Source: Azolla caroliniana (Eukaryota; Plantae; Polypodiophyta). From it: a DNA stretch of 64,000 nucleotides. Positions 24,205 through 35,744 of this stretch are shown one piece after another. The stretch lies in the NCBI GenBank assembly GCA_043228905.1, contig JBHGNT010000009.1:11966001-12030000 (forward strand), in the 5' to 3' direction. A program made the translations under genes and the position numbers. The stretch's first letter is position 1. Each line of letters opens with the position of its first letter. The notes beneath the pieces are model-generated. The model saw only the letters and a list, made by a program, of their open reading frames with translations. It searched no databases and was not told where the DNA came from.

Positions 24205-25202
24205 AACTCTTGGTGGGGTTGAAGCTTTCTCGCGGTTGTGTTCGCGATGAAAATCTTTCGTAAATTCTCTCACTCTTCCTTTAGCGTCTCAACTTCTCAA
24301 ATGTAGCCGAGCATGTGGTTGTGAACACATGTCGCCAAGAAATACATCACTCGGCTTGCAACTTGCTCGCATGTTGAGTAGTCAGATTCCTTTGGGTCGG
24401 GTCGATTTTCTTGTGCTCCTTTGATGTAGCTCCAATAGCCTTGGCTGACAAGGTATTGGTGCATCTTGTACTCCCGGGATGCAAAGTTGTTTCGAATCCA
24501 AGTTCTCGCTAGGGAGAGCGCTCCCCATTTGAGTATTCATTGTGGATGAAGCTTTCTTTCTTGTTTTCCTTCTCTCTGACCACAAGTTATGTAGTCATAG
24601 TACGATAGCGATGAGCCGGTTCTTCTTGAACGTCGGCGTAGAACAAAAAACACGTGGATGGGCTGGATCGAGCTACCAAACCGCTTTGATACCATGTAAA
24701 GAATCGAGTATGATGCTTGTGCAGCGGAAGAGATGTGTGTTATGTGTATGTGTGAGAGGAAAGAGATGAGAGAAGAGAAAACACAAGATAGATAGATTAG
24801 ATAGAATTAAAATGAAGTACTCAAGAAGGTGTGTATTCACAAGGAGAATATGAGATACAAAATGTAGCATTACAAGGAGTCACAACTGACTTAGTATGAA
24901 GTAGGAGAAGGGTGGTTTATATAAGGTCACATCTCTCTTCATTAACTCACTATAACAACTACTATGTCTTGGGGAATGTGAAGACTCATATTCATGGGGG
25001 ATATGGAACTCATTAGTTGTGTCATAGAATATGATTCTATGACACATAGTTAATGTGTAGAGAGTAGTGGTGTGACTCTTGACCTTTGAGTGATCATAGA
25101 TTCTCAGAGGGTGTGTTCACACATTGCAGTAGGTTGACCTTGATTATCAACATCTCCCAAATTTGGAGTTTTCTTATAACAACTCCAAACATACATTGGC
25201 GG

Positions 25203-27258
25203 TGTTGCGGAAATCTGTGTGTACGTGTCGGATCAGGCGGGTCTATTGAGCCTTGAAGTAAGGAGTTAGAAGGACGAATAGGGAGACAAGCTTGGAGCAA
25301 CTAACTAACTTGATTTCCGCATCTCTGATTGAGCGTACAGGCTCACAAGGCCTGTATCCTCTACGGTATTGTCCTAGAATCTCAGAAATGGAGCAAACGA
25401 GCTCTTAAACACAATGATTAAATGCAACGCAAGGGCAAAGAACGACACCGCTGAGACGGAAACAAAGAAAGCATGTCGACCCAACATAGAAAGGAGTCGG
25501 GAAAACAACAAAACATGAATAAATTACTAGACAGGGAGGAGTACAACCGGACTCAACCGATGATAAAGCACCGAGCTCTACACGTGCTCGCGCGCACACA
25601 CATGTGTACATACACACATAGACTCTGGCGAGCCTCTCGTGGGGAGAACATGAGCTTCGTACATGAGCAAAGGCCTCCCTTGTTGTTACCGGTTATGGTA
25701 ACATGGTGCCGAAACCTTGGTCCTTTGGGGTTCGGCTCAAGGAATGAGTGCTCACGTTGTACTCGTAACTCGGGTGAGCTATAGGCTAGAATCATAATAA
25801 TTATCTTGATCGTGGAGACTGTGGAGATTACGGTCATGGTTACAACCGACACGTTATGTACTTAACATATGCAAAGTACACGACTCAACAGAGATACACT
25901 TGACACAAATCAGAGACATAAGAAGTCAAGAAAAAACAGATCTGTATTTCCAAAAACTGTAAACAAAATTACAATTAGATTGTTACAAGTTTTTCATGCC
26001 CTTTATATAGGAACATGAGTGGTTACGCTCGACGCATGAACCGTTTCCCTTCATAAATATATTTGGTTGTTACGCCCTCTTAACTACGCTTCGTTCCCAC
26101 CCTTCTTCTTCGTTTGCCACAACCATCCCCTTTGTTTTTTCTACTCTTCGACCTTCCCCACTTGACCGTCTGAGGTGGCCAACACATGGCACACCCGTGG
26201 GATAGTGTGTGCACGTTCGAGCCCAAAGAGAATTTATGCGTTGTTGAGGATGTCTAGGATGCTCAGCTCTAGACAGTCCGTCTCAGTAAGAACTACGATG
26301 GGTATTGCGGTGGGTGTCGTGGTCGGCATCGTCGGCTCTAGTTCGGGGGGGCCGGTTGGCTATTTCGGCTCCGGTTTGGTTGTTGGTTCGGGTGTCTCTC
26401 CCAATGTTGGTTCAGCCGCTTCCGTCTACCCAAGCTGCGGGCCTTCCTCTCGTGGCTGGTCAGGGGGTGGCTATCGAAGGGCTCCTCGTGCGGCGTTTCT
26501 TCCGACGCGGCTTCAACGGGTTTCCGATGGCAGGTTCGTCGTTGTGGTGACTTCTGGGATTTCTTCTTCCAGTCACTTGTCGTCTTCCAATGTGTGCTCA
26601 CCGGAGTCATTATTGGGAATCATGATGGTTTCCGACCCTTTCCCTTACTCCGCATGTTTTCGTTCGTTCTCATATGCCTGGAATTCGAGTGAGGTTTCGA
26701 TGTGGTTGTCGCCGAACTCTTCTAACAGCTACGCGATTTCCTCAGAGTAGCGGTCATTCATGGCTTGAAAGTCGTCCACACAGTCCTCTTGGACCGTGGC
26801 AATGCTTTCTTCGTTTAGTTTATAAAGGCCTTTAACATCTTTCTACCGATTCTCCTCGCGGTTGCCTGCTTTGCCCATTCGGTCCAACCCTAGTCTAGTG
26901 TTTCCTGAAGCTGGTGGTTCAATCTCTCCTTGTTTGTCGATAATCAGACTTTGATTCTCGCAGTATTCATCTCGGTTTTCGTCCGCATTTCTTGGATGAC
27001 CGTCTTGAGATTTGTAATTTACTAGTGTTGGAGGCTGCCTCCGTTTCGTACCATGATTTTACCTGCTGCCAAAGCTTCGACTCTATTCCATGCAATTCTT
27101 CTAGCCGGCCCATTTCCTTATTCATGTGTTCTTCGACTTCTCTTGACATCTGGCGCTCGATTTCGATATGCTCCTCATACCATTGGCACTTCTTTTGGGC
27201 GTCCTCGTGTAGTGCCTCGATGATACCCTCGGCTCGGCTGACTGCTTCCGTCCGTTTG
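25203..27258 (-). mobile_element. 3' end of Athila-like gypsy F: distal extra ORF, PPT and 3' LTR (25203-26121)
   Basis: Minus strand: AAAGGGGATGGT then TGTGGC...GCAACA, with TATA CCTATATAAAGG near 26000. Coiled-coil-like ORF pieces appear to continue 49085-50650 across the copia D insertion. Confidence 0.65.
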
Positions 27259-28025
27259 TGTAAAGAACCGATGGTGATTCTTGTGCAGCAGAATAGGTTA
27301 GAGATGTGTGTTATGTGTGTGTGTGTATGAGAGAGAGGAGAGGAGAGAAACACAAGATAGATAGGAAAAAGAAATACTCAAGACGATTGTATATTATAGG
27401 AGATTAACCGACACATTACAAAGTAGGAGGAGAAGGCTTTATATAGTCACTCTCTCTCTTCATTAACTACCGAAGCTCATGGGTCATGGGGAATGTGAAA
27501 AATCATTAGTTATGTGTCATAGAATATGATTGTATGACACATAATTAATGTGTAGAGAGTGGTGGTGTGACTAGGGTAAGCTTGATTCTCAACATGCCCC
27601 CTCTAGCTCAATTCGGGTCGGTTCCTTTCAGTTGATATCCGTGTCGGTTGGTACCCGGTTCACACAATGTCTAGTTTGTACTACCCCTCAAGTTAGGCAA
27701 GACAAGGATTGTTAGTCCAAGGTCTGACATGAATTGCCGAAGCTTGTCGGCTCCTAGAGCTTTGGTGAAGATGTCGGTTGTCTAAAGATTTGTGTTGATG
27801 TGTTGAAGGTCAACATCTCCAGCTTGAACACGCTCTCGGTTGTCTAAAGATTTGTCGTGAACTACAAAAGCTTCACATTAAAAGTCTACAGTAAGATAAA
27901 TACGTAATTAAAATAAAATAAATCTTGATAATGTTTTATACATAAAGATAATATTAACAACACACTATGATAATATATACATTATATGTAGAGGAAAATA
28001 ATAAATATATATATTATATTACAAG

Positions 28026-28097
28026 GACAAGAGAGGACTTGAACCAATAACCCCCACATTATAACTCTCAATACTTTCCATTTACCCTATACTTGTC
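28026..28097 (-). other. tRNA-like cassette 1 in the E LTR (also 31038-31109)
   Basis: 72 nt bounded by the stem GACAAG/CTTGTC; TAGGGTAAATGG and GGTTCAAGTCC. Confidence 0.72.
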
Positions 28098-28201
28098 ATA
28101 CATATAAAGTTATATGTGTTGTTTTATTTGACGTAGTATTGTATGGTTTAAACAATAAACCATATAATATACTACATGTGCACCATATAGCATATTACAT
28201 T

Positions 28202-28272
28202 GGCAAGAGAGGACTTCAGCCAACAACATCTACCTTACAAGTGTCGAACCTTACCATTTACCCAATATCCAT
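28202..28272 (-). other. tRNA-like cassette 2 in the E LTR (also ~31256-31328)
   Basis: Paralog of cassette 1: TGGGTAAATGG...GGCT(G/C)AAGTCC. Confidence 0.6.
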
Positions 28273-28574
28273 GATTTGTATATCCATGTATGTCATATTA
28301 TTTGAATTGATAATTTATAGTCCAAACCATCAAATGTACTACATGTGCACCATATAACACATATGCAAGAGCCCTCTCTACATGTGTGACATATGGCCCA
28401 CATGCAAAAACCTTCCCCTTTCTATAAAAGGAGAAGGGAGTATAGTCACAAGGATATCGAAGGAATTGAAATCAAAGAACTATATTATATGATATATCTA
28501 TCAAATCAAATAGAATTATATTACATAAGAGATATCATAAGATAGAAAGAGGAAGACAAGAAGACAATAAAAGA

Positions 28575-28642
28575 AAACAGCTAGCTTGACGGTCGTGGTG
28601 CTCAACTCACAACAAAAGGGTAGAGGTTCAAGTCTTACCCTC
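28575..28642 (+). other. tRNA-like cassette 3 in the E LTR (also ~31623-31690)
   Basis: TAGCTTGACGG, loop CTCACAA, and GGTTC(A/G)AGTC inside hairpin AGGGTA/TACCCT. Confidence 0.55.
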
Positions 28643-28957
28643 ATCGAAAGCTAGAAGGGAAGATTGTGATTTACTCTCAAGAATGAGAAGAGTGGTTACC
28701 TTGTAAGACAAATTTTGAAGGATCAACGACGCTCACAACCAATTTGTAACTCTTTTGTCTAATAATTATAAATTTCGTACATTCCCTCAAATATCATTTT
28801 ACATCCTATCTTGTCATATCTCGTTGATCTCTATTAGCTACATATCTACAGTTTTCGTCACTTTCGTCCATAATCCCAATGATTCCTTCCTCACTTTCAC
28901 GATATCTTTTGTCTACACAATGCTACGCCTCTAGGCGAGCCACGCCACGACACAATT

Positions 28958-28975
28958 TGGTGAACCCGACGTGAA
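28958..28975 (+). promoter_or_regulatory. Primer-binding site for tRNA-Trp
   Basis: TGGTGAACCCGACGTGAA is complementary to the 3' end of plant tRNA-Trp (TTCACGTCGGGTTCACCA), as recalled rather than searched. Confidence 0.85.
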
Positions 28976-31900
28976 ACGAGGAAGTAGAGGAGACAATCGA
29001 TAGTGAGGAGTCATCAACATGGCAAGTACAAGCACAATGGATCGGGTAAGGTTGTTTATTGAAAAGTTGAATCAAGATCCACTATTTCATGCCTTACGAG
29101 AAGTTCGAGAAAAGATTGGTGTGTTTGATGGCACAAATATTTCGAAGTATGTGAATATATATTATGATGAAATGGAAATGTCTAGTGTGAATGATGTCAA
29201 TATGATAGCAAACTTTTATAAATTAGTGGACATGGAATTAAGAGATAGAATTCGTGAAATATAAGCATTGCATAGTTTGGATTGGAATGCATTCAAAGAA
29301 GCACTTGTGTCTGAATATTTTTTTGAAGATTTCTCTCACGTTACTATGCGTTCATTCCATGAAGGGGTCCTAAAAGAAGATAAAGGATTATCTATGGCTG
29401 ACACAAAAAAGAGAGTTTGATAGATTGTCTGGAGACTTAAAGGCAGAAGAAATAAATTATTTGTCTTGGCAAAAGGTTGTTTTATTTTGTAGGCAGTTGA
29501 CAAGACATATAGAAAAGAGTTGGAACTTATGCATGAGGTACCAAATACCGAGGATGGTATAACTACGGATTAGAATGAGGTAACAAATGCTTGTAATAAG
29601 TTTATGACGAGAATGCAAAGGAATGGTGCAATGCTAAAAATACCACATGTGGGAATCACGAATTGGCTTGATCAAAACATCGAAGTTCAAAGACTTGGTC
29701 AAGAACCATCACACGAAATGGTGCATCAACCATGAGAAATGACCGGAACTAAGAGTGAGTCTTTGCTTGATGATTTAGTTCAAAGTATGAAAGATCTAAT
29801 AATTAAAGTGGCAAAGCTTGAGAATGGTCACACTTCGAGGTCAAGGGAACCATTTCGACCTCGATGCATGTGGTGCGATAGTCTTGAACATCAATTACGT
29901 GATTGTGAAGAATATAAAGACATGGAAAATTGAAACTTGTTGTATTGGAAAAAGGGCAAGATTTACTTAGTTGAAACTAGAAGTCCACTTACAAAGAACT
30001 TTGGTGATGGTGGTGTCAAGGTTAAGTTTGAAGAATCTGAAGCAAAGAAGGCTTCTGCAATGTACTACTTGGCAACGACAGGAATGCGTCTCGATGACAC
30101 GCCATACCGATCATCATTCTGGGAAAAGGTTGTAAGTTCTGCACAAAAGCAAAAGCTAAAGATGGAAGACCTTCATGTTGCCGGAGATTCTATAAGGAAA
30201 AATATTAGATGGGATGTTCTGATAGATGCTATGACATTCTATGCTCAGATGCCAGAACACCAAGACCATGAGGTGATAGTGGAAGAAAAAAGGAAAAGGT
30301 CGGATGATGAGATTGGCTCGACAAAAAAGCATGAAACAAGAGAAAGCAAAAGAAAAGAAATGGATGCAAAAGTAACAAAAGGTAAATCTGGTCCTTCGTT
30401 CAAATTAATGTCTAATATTGAAAAGGATACAGATTTAAAGAAAATTTTAGAAACAAGAATACTAGACAGTCGAGTAGAATTTACACTAAGAGAAGTCTTA
30501 GGTATTGCAGAAAAGGAATTTCGTGATGAAATAATTGATATTATGCGAAGAAAGAAGTAAGTAAATGAGCAGGTTACAGAGACAAATCCAAAGGTGGCAT
30601 ATGAAGTGGTGCGCAACAAATCAAACAATATCATTGTTGACTTTCAACATGCATCAACCTCAACAGATGTAAGAAGCCTTTACTCTCGCAAATGTTGGGC
30701 AAGAGCAACTACTGAGCATCATGTGAAGATTGGAAATGTTCCAGACCCAATGATGGCACTTATTAATCATGGTTCAGAAATAAATATAATGAGTGCTGAT
30801 TTTTACAGGAAAGGTAGATGGCCAATTGATACTCAACATGCTTGGCGAGTAAAAGTTGGCACATTAGTCACCGAAGATTTACATTAAAACTCTACAATAA
30901 GATAAATACGTAACTAAAATAAAGTAAATCTTGATAATGTTTTATAGATAAAGATAATATCAAAAACACACTATGATAATATATATATATACATTATATG
31001 TAGAGGCAAATAAAAAATATATATATTATATTACAAGGGCAAGAGAGGACTTGAACCAATAACCCCCACGTTATAACTCTCAATACTTTCCATTTACCCT
31101 ATACTTGTCATACATATAAAGTTATATGTGTTGTTTTATTTGACGTAGTATTGTATGGTTTAAACAATAAACCATATAATATACTACATGTGCACCATAT
31201 AGCATATTACATTGGCTCAAAAAGCATACATGTGCACCATATAGCATATTAAATTGGCAAGACAGGACTTGAGCCAACGACATCTACCTTACAAGTCTCG
31301 AGCCTTACCATTTACCCAATATCCATGATTTATATATTATATTATTTGAATTGATAGTGTATAGTCCAAACCATCTAATGTACTACATGTGCACCATATA
31401 GCACACATGCAAGAGCCCTCTTTGCATGTGGGCCATATGGCCCACATGCAAAACCCTCACCTTCCTATATAAGGAGAAGGGAGTATAGTGACAAGGATAT
31501 CGAAGGAATTAAAATCAAAGAACTATATTGTATGATATATCTATCGAATCAAATAGAATTATATTACATAAGAGTTATCGTAAGATAGAAAGAGGAAGAC
31601 AAGAAGGAAGACAATAAAAGAAAATAACTAGCTGGGCAGTTGTGGTGCTCAACTTATAACAAAAGGGTGGAGGTTCGAGTCTTACCCTCCTCGAAAGCTA
31701 GAAGGGACGATTGTGATCTACTCTTAACAATGAGAAGAGCGGTTGAGAAGAGCGGTTACCTTGTGCGACAAAGTTTGAAGGATCAACGACGCTCACAACT
31801 AGTTTGTAACTCTTTCATCTAATAATTATAAATTTCTTACATTCCCTCAAATATCATTTTACATCCTATCTTGTCATATCTCGTTGATCTCTGTTTGCTA

Positions 31901-34900
31901 CATATATATGCTTTTCGTCTCTTTTGTCCATAATCCCAGTGATTCCTTCCTCGCTTTCACGACACTTCTAGGCGAGCCACGCTACGTGATCAGATGAAGT
32001 GGTAGTGTAGTTCGATATGCTTCGTGCACACGTGGAACGCCGGGTTCCAAGCCAGATAAATATTGCTCATGTTGTCATAGTAAAGGGGAGTCAGATCCTT
32101 GATGGGAACACCCAGGTCCTTCAAAACCCTCTTGAGCCATACGACTTCACATGCAGCCACGATTGCGCCCCTATATTCTGTCTTTGTGCTCAAAAGAGAG
32201 ATAGTTGGTTGCTTCTTGCTACTCCAAGATATTGCTCTGCTAGCGAGGGAGAAATCAAATCCAGAGGTTGATCGTCGATCGGCTTTGTCGCCGGCCCAGT
32301 CGACATCTGTGTACGCTTCAAGTTGAATTGGCATGGCTGACTTATAGAGAATGCCATAGTCCATCATTTTGCTCACGTATTGTAGCGCTCTCTTAGCACA
32401 ATCCAAATGGATATCTCGTGGAGTTTGCATGAATTGGCTAAGGAGCCGAGCAGATAGCTAAGGTCGGGTTGAGTGATCGTGAGGTAGATGAGGTTCCCGA
32501 TCAGTTGTCGATATTGAGTTCGCTCACACTCTGTAATGCCGGAGTTGGCTTCCAGTTAGAGGTTTTCATTGAGAGGGGTTGCCACAGATTTGCACTAAGT
32601 CATCCCAAACTTGTATAGCAAGTTGAGGACGTAGTGCTATTGAGAAATCATTACACCGGTTGGAGTCAGGATTACCTTGATTCAAAGGAAGTAATGGAGC
32701 TCCTTCATGTCCGTCATCTCGAATTCATTGGAGCGGAGGGACTTGAACTTGTTGATGTCGACTAGATACTCTCCTTCGATGACCCGATCATCCATGTATA
32801 GGTTGATGACAATTAGGCTTCTATAGTCATTTCATACGTAGAGGGAGTTGTCGGATTTCGACATTCTAAAGCTGATTCGATGAAGATACTGGATTATCAT
32901 CGAGTGCCAAGCACATGTGCTTCCTTAGGGCCATAGAGAGGCTTCGTAAGTCGGCATACTGCTTTCGAATGGATGTTGGATTCGAAGCGTGGTGGTTGTA
33001 TCACGTACACCTCCTCTTCTAATTTTCCTTGAAGAAAGGCGTTCTTGACGTCCATTTGATGGAGGTGCCACCCTTTTGCCACTGCAAGTGCAATCACGGT
33101 CCGCACAATTGTCATCTTTGCCATCGGGGAAAAGGTCTCTTCATAGTCGACTCTATGTGTTTGTGTGTATCCTTGCGCTACGAGTCGATCTTTGTAGCGA
33201 TTGATAGAGCCGTTGGCATTCTACTTCACCTTGTAAATTCATCTGCAGCTGATTGCCTTTTTGTGTGGTGAGTGGGAAATGAGATCCCATGTCTCGTTCT
33301 TGCTGAAGCCATGTTAATCAATTCGACCCATCGCGGATCTTTAGCGGCTTCAACAAAGCTCTCTGGTTCACGATCCACTGCCACCTATATCATAAAGGCA
33401 TAGTAGTATGCGATATAGTCCTTGTAGCCGAATCAACTAACCGGATTCTTCTCTCGGGTGGAGTGACGGAGTTTCTCATTTGCCGATGTGAATGATTTCT
33501 TAACTCCGGCGACCTTATAAGAGTGAGTGATTTGATTCATTGTTGTCAATTTGATCGTCTTCATATTTTGGCATTTTGGCATTTGTCCATCTTTGGACTC
33601 GGCCGAGATGTGCTTTGGTTGCTCAGGGGCTCTTCTGACCCACTTAGCCTCTTCATGATCGGACATTCTTTGAACATATGCCTTAGTCAATCTTTGTCTT
33701 CTATCTCTTGGTTGGCCAAGTTCGGGTTGACTGGAAATGATTCGGGAGGAGTCAGCTTCAGTTTGTACCATGATGCTGATTAGTCGAAGACGCATCTCCA
33801 CTTACATGAGGCTTTTGTGTGGAGGGGGTGAGCATTTGTACCCCTTTTACTCTAGTGAGTATCCTACAAGGATACATTTCTCTAACTTAGTATTAGCTTT
33901 TGTCACTTTTGGTCGGGAATATGCACGTATGTGATTGACCCGAATATCCTTGCAGGTGATAGGTCTGACTTCTTTTCGTAATACTTCTCGTGAGGAGTGA
34001 CCTCGTGAACTCCGGATGTTGTGCACCGATTCATGAGGTAGACGGTAGTATTTGCAGGTTCTGCCCAATATGACTTGAGCATATGCTTCTCATTGAGGAT
34101 GGCCCATGCTACTTCGAGGATGTGCCGATTCTTGCGTTCGGCTACACCGTTATGTTGTGGTGTATGTCGGCAACTGAATTCTCACCGAATTCCTTCTTCT
34201 CGAATGTATACGGTGAACGCATCGGAGAAGTATTCCTTTCCTCCGTTTGACTGAAGACATCGTACATGGCGGCCAGTTGTCTTTTTGACTTCGCTTTTGA
34301 GTTTTGGAAGTGTGAAAACACTTCGCTCTTCATCCTCATGGGAAAGATCCATGTGTATCTAGAGAAGTCGTTGATGAAGGTAACATAGTGCCAACATCCT
34401 CTGAATGTGGTCATTTATGTCGGTCCCCACACATCCGAGTGGACTACGTCCAATAGGCTTTTGCTCATGTTCATATCCTTCAGGAATAGGTGCCAATGTT
34501 GCTTGCCGAATTGGCATGCTCCACATATTCCTTCAATCTCTTTTTCTTTGAACGTAGGAAGTCCAATGACAACTCCTTTCGATTGCATCGCCTTAAGTTT
34601 GTTGAGATTGATCTTTTATGCCATAGATCTATGTCGTTGTCAGTTTTGAGGCCCTTTGCAAACATGTTCGATTTTATCTCGTTCGATTCGAGGATAAACA
34701 TTCGGCCTTACCTTCGACCACGAGCAAATAGACGGCCTTCCTTCTTGATGAAGCAACCACCTTGGTTGAATCGAATTTGCATCTGTTGCTCCGCAATTTG
34801 GCCGACCGAGACCAAATTCTTCATTATGGTGGGTGCATGCAAGACATTTTTCATAGTTTGTTAACATTCTTTCCGGAATGGGACATTGCCGACATGCCGA

Positions 34901-35344
34901 ATTGGATGAGTGGTGTCATCTCTGGTTTCGACAGAGCCGGGTTGATCCAGCTCTTGAAGGTCGTGGAACCATTCTTGATGGGACGTCATATGGTTCGAGG
35001 CACCGGAGTTGAAGAACCATACATCTTCCGGACCGGAGGCACTAGTCGAAGTAGAGGCTGATATAGAATTTGCTCTATGTCTCATCACGAACATTCCACC
35101 ATGGTCATCATAATTGGAATTTGTGGCGTAGTTGGTTAGTTGTCGGCTTGTGGAAGCCGACTCACGCTTCTTCATGGTGGCCAAATTTTTCGCATCCGCA
35201 TTCCATTGAGGTTTGTTGGCTTGGGCCAGAATGGAAGCTCCCCCTTCTTTTGAAGTTTCCTTGATGGCTTCCGTCTTGTTGCCGAAATTGGGAGTTGTTT
35301 TCGTAAGTCAGACCTTGTCCGCCTCGTCCTTGGCCGAATCGGCC

Positions 35345-35399
35345 TGTAAAGAATCGATGGTGATTCTTGTGCAACAAAATAGGTTAGACATGTGTGTTA

Positions 35400-35448
<49 letters not shown>

Positions 35449-35744
35449 ACACAAGATAGATAATAGAAAATACTCAAGACGATTGTATATTACAAAGGAG
35501 ATTAATTGACATATTACAAAGTAGGAGGAGAGTGCTTTATATAGTCACTCTTTCTCTTCATTAACTACCGAAGCTCATGAGTCATGGGGAATGTGGAAAC
35601 TCATTAGTTATGTGTCATAGAATATGATTCTATGACACATAGTTAATGTGTAAAGAGTAGTGGTGTGACTTTTGACCTTTGAGTGCTCATACACTCTCAA
35701 GCGTGTGTTCACACACTAGGCTAGGTTGAGCTTGATTCTCAACA
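35345..35744 (-). mobile_element. Solo LTR of the copia D family inserted in copia D's own gag
   Basis: TGTAAAGAA...CTCAACA on the plus strand; TSD CGGCC/TGGCC. Confidence 0.9.

Larger units (their letters stand above)
21619..25152 (-). mobile_element. Ty1/copia C, 5' part: LTR (24695-25152), PBS tRNA-iMet (24683-24694), gag, PR and start of INT; carries two solo LTRs
   Basis: PBS TGGTATCAAAGC; MNTQMGSALP; WFVNSSASNHM; LWHKQIHH. Confidence 0.9.
27853..31989 (+). mobile_element. gag: Phygy-like gypsy E with RT, RH, INT and PPT deleted: 5' LTR (27853-28952), PBS tRNA-Trp, gag-PR (29019-30880), 3' LTR (~30880-31989)
   Basis: CMWCDSLEHQLRDC knuckle; protease remnant ALINHGSEIN; probable TSD TCGG/TCAG inside the copia D RNase H. 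Confidence 0.9.

Noticed and set aside
25153-25202. 50-bp unassigned segment with hairpin TTTGGAGTT/AACTCCAAA
   Set aside because: Too short to classify; no Helitron CTRR end or MITE TSD seen.
28026-28272. Cassettes as recent SINE insertions
   Set aside because: No SINE body, tail or TSD is visible, and they are at the same position in both LTRs. An ancient SINE origin is not excluded.
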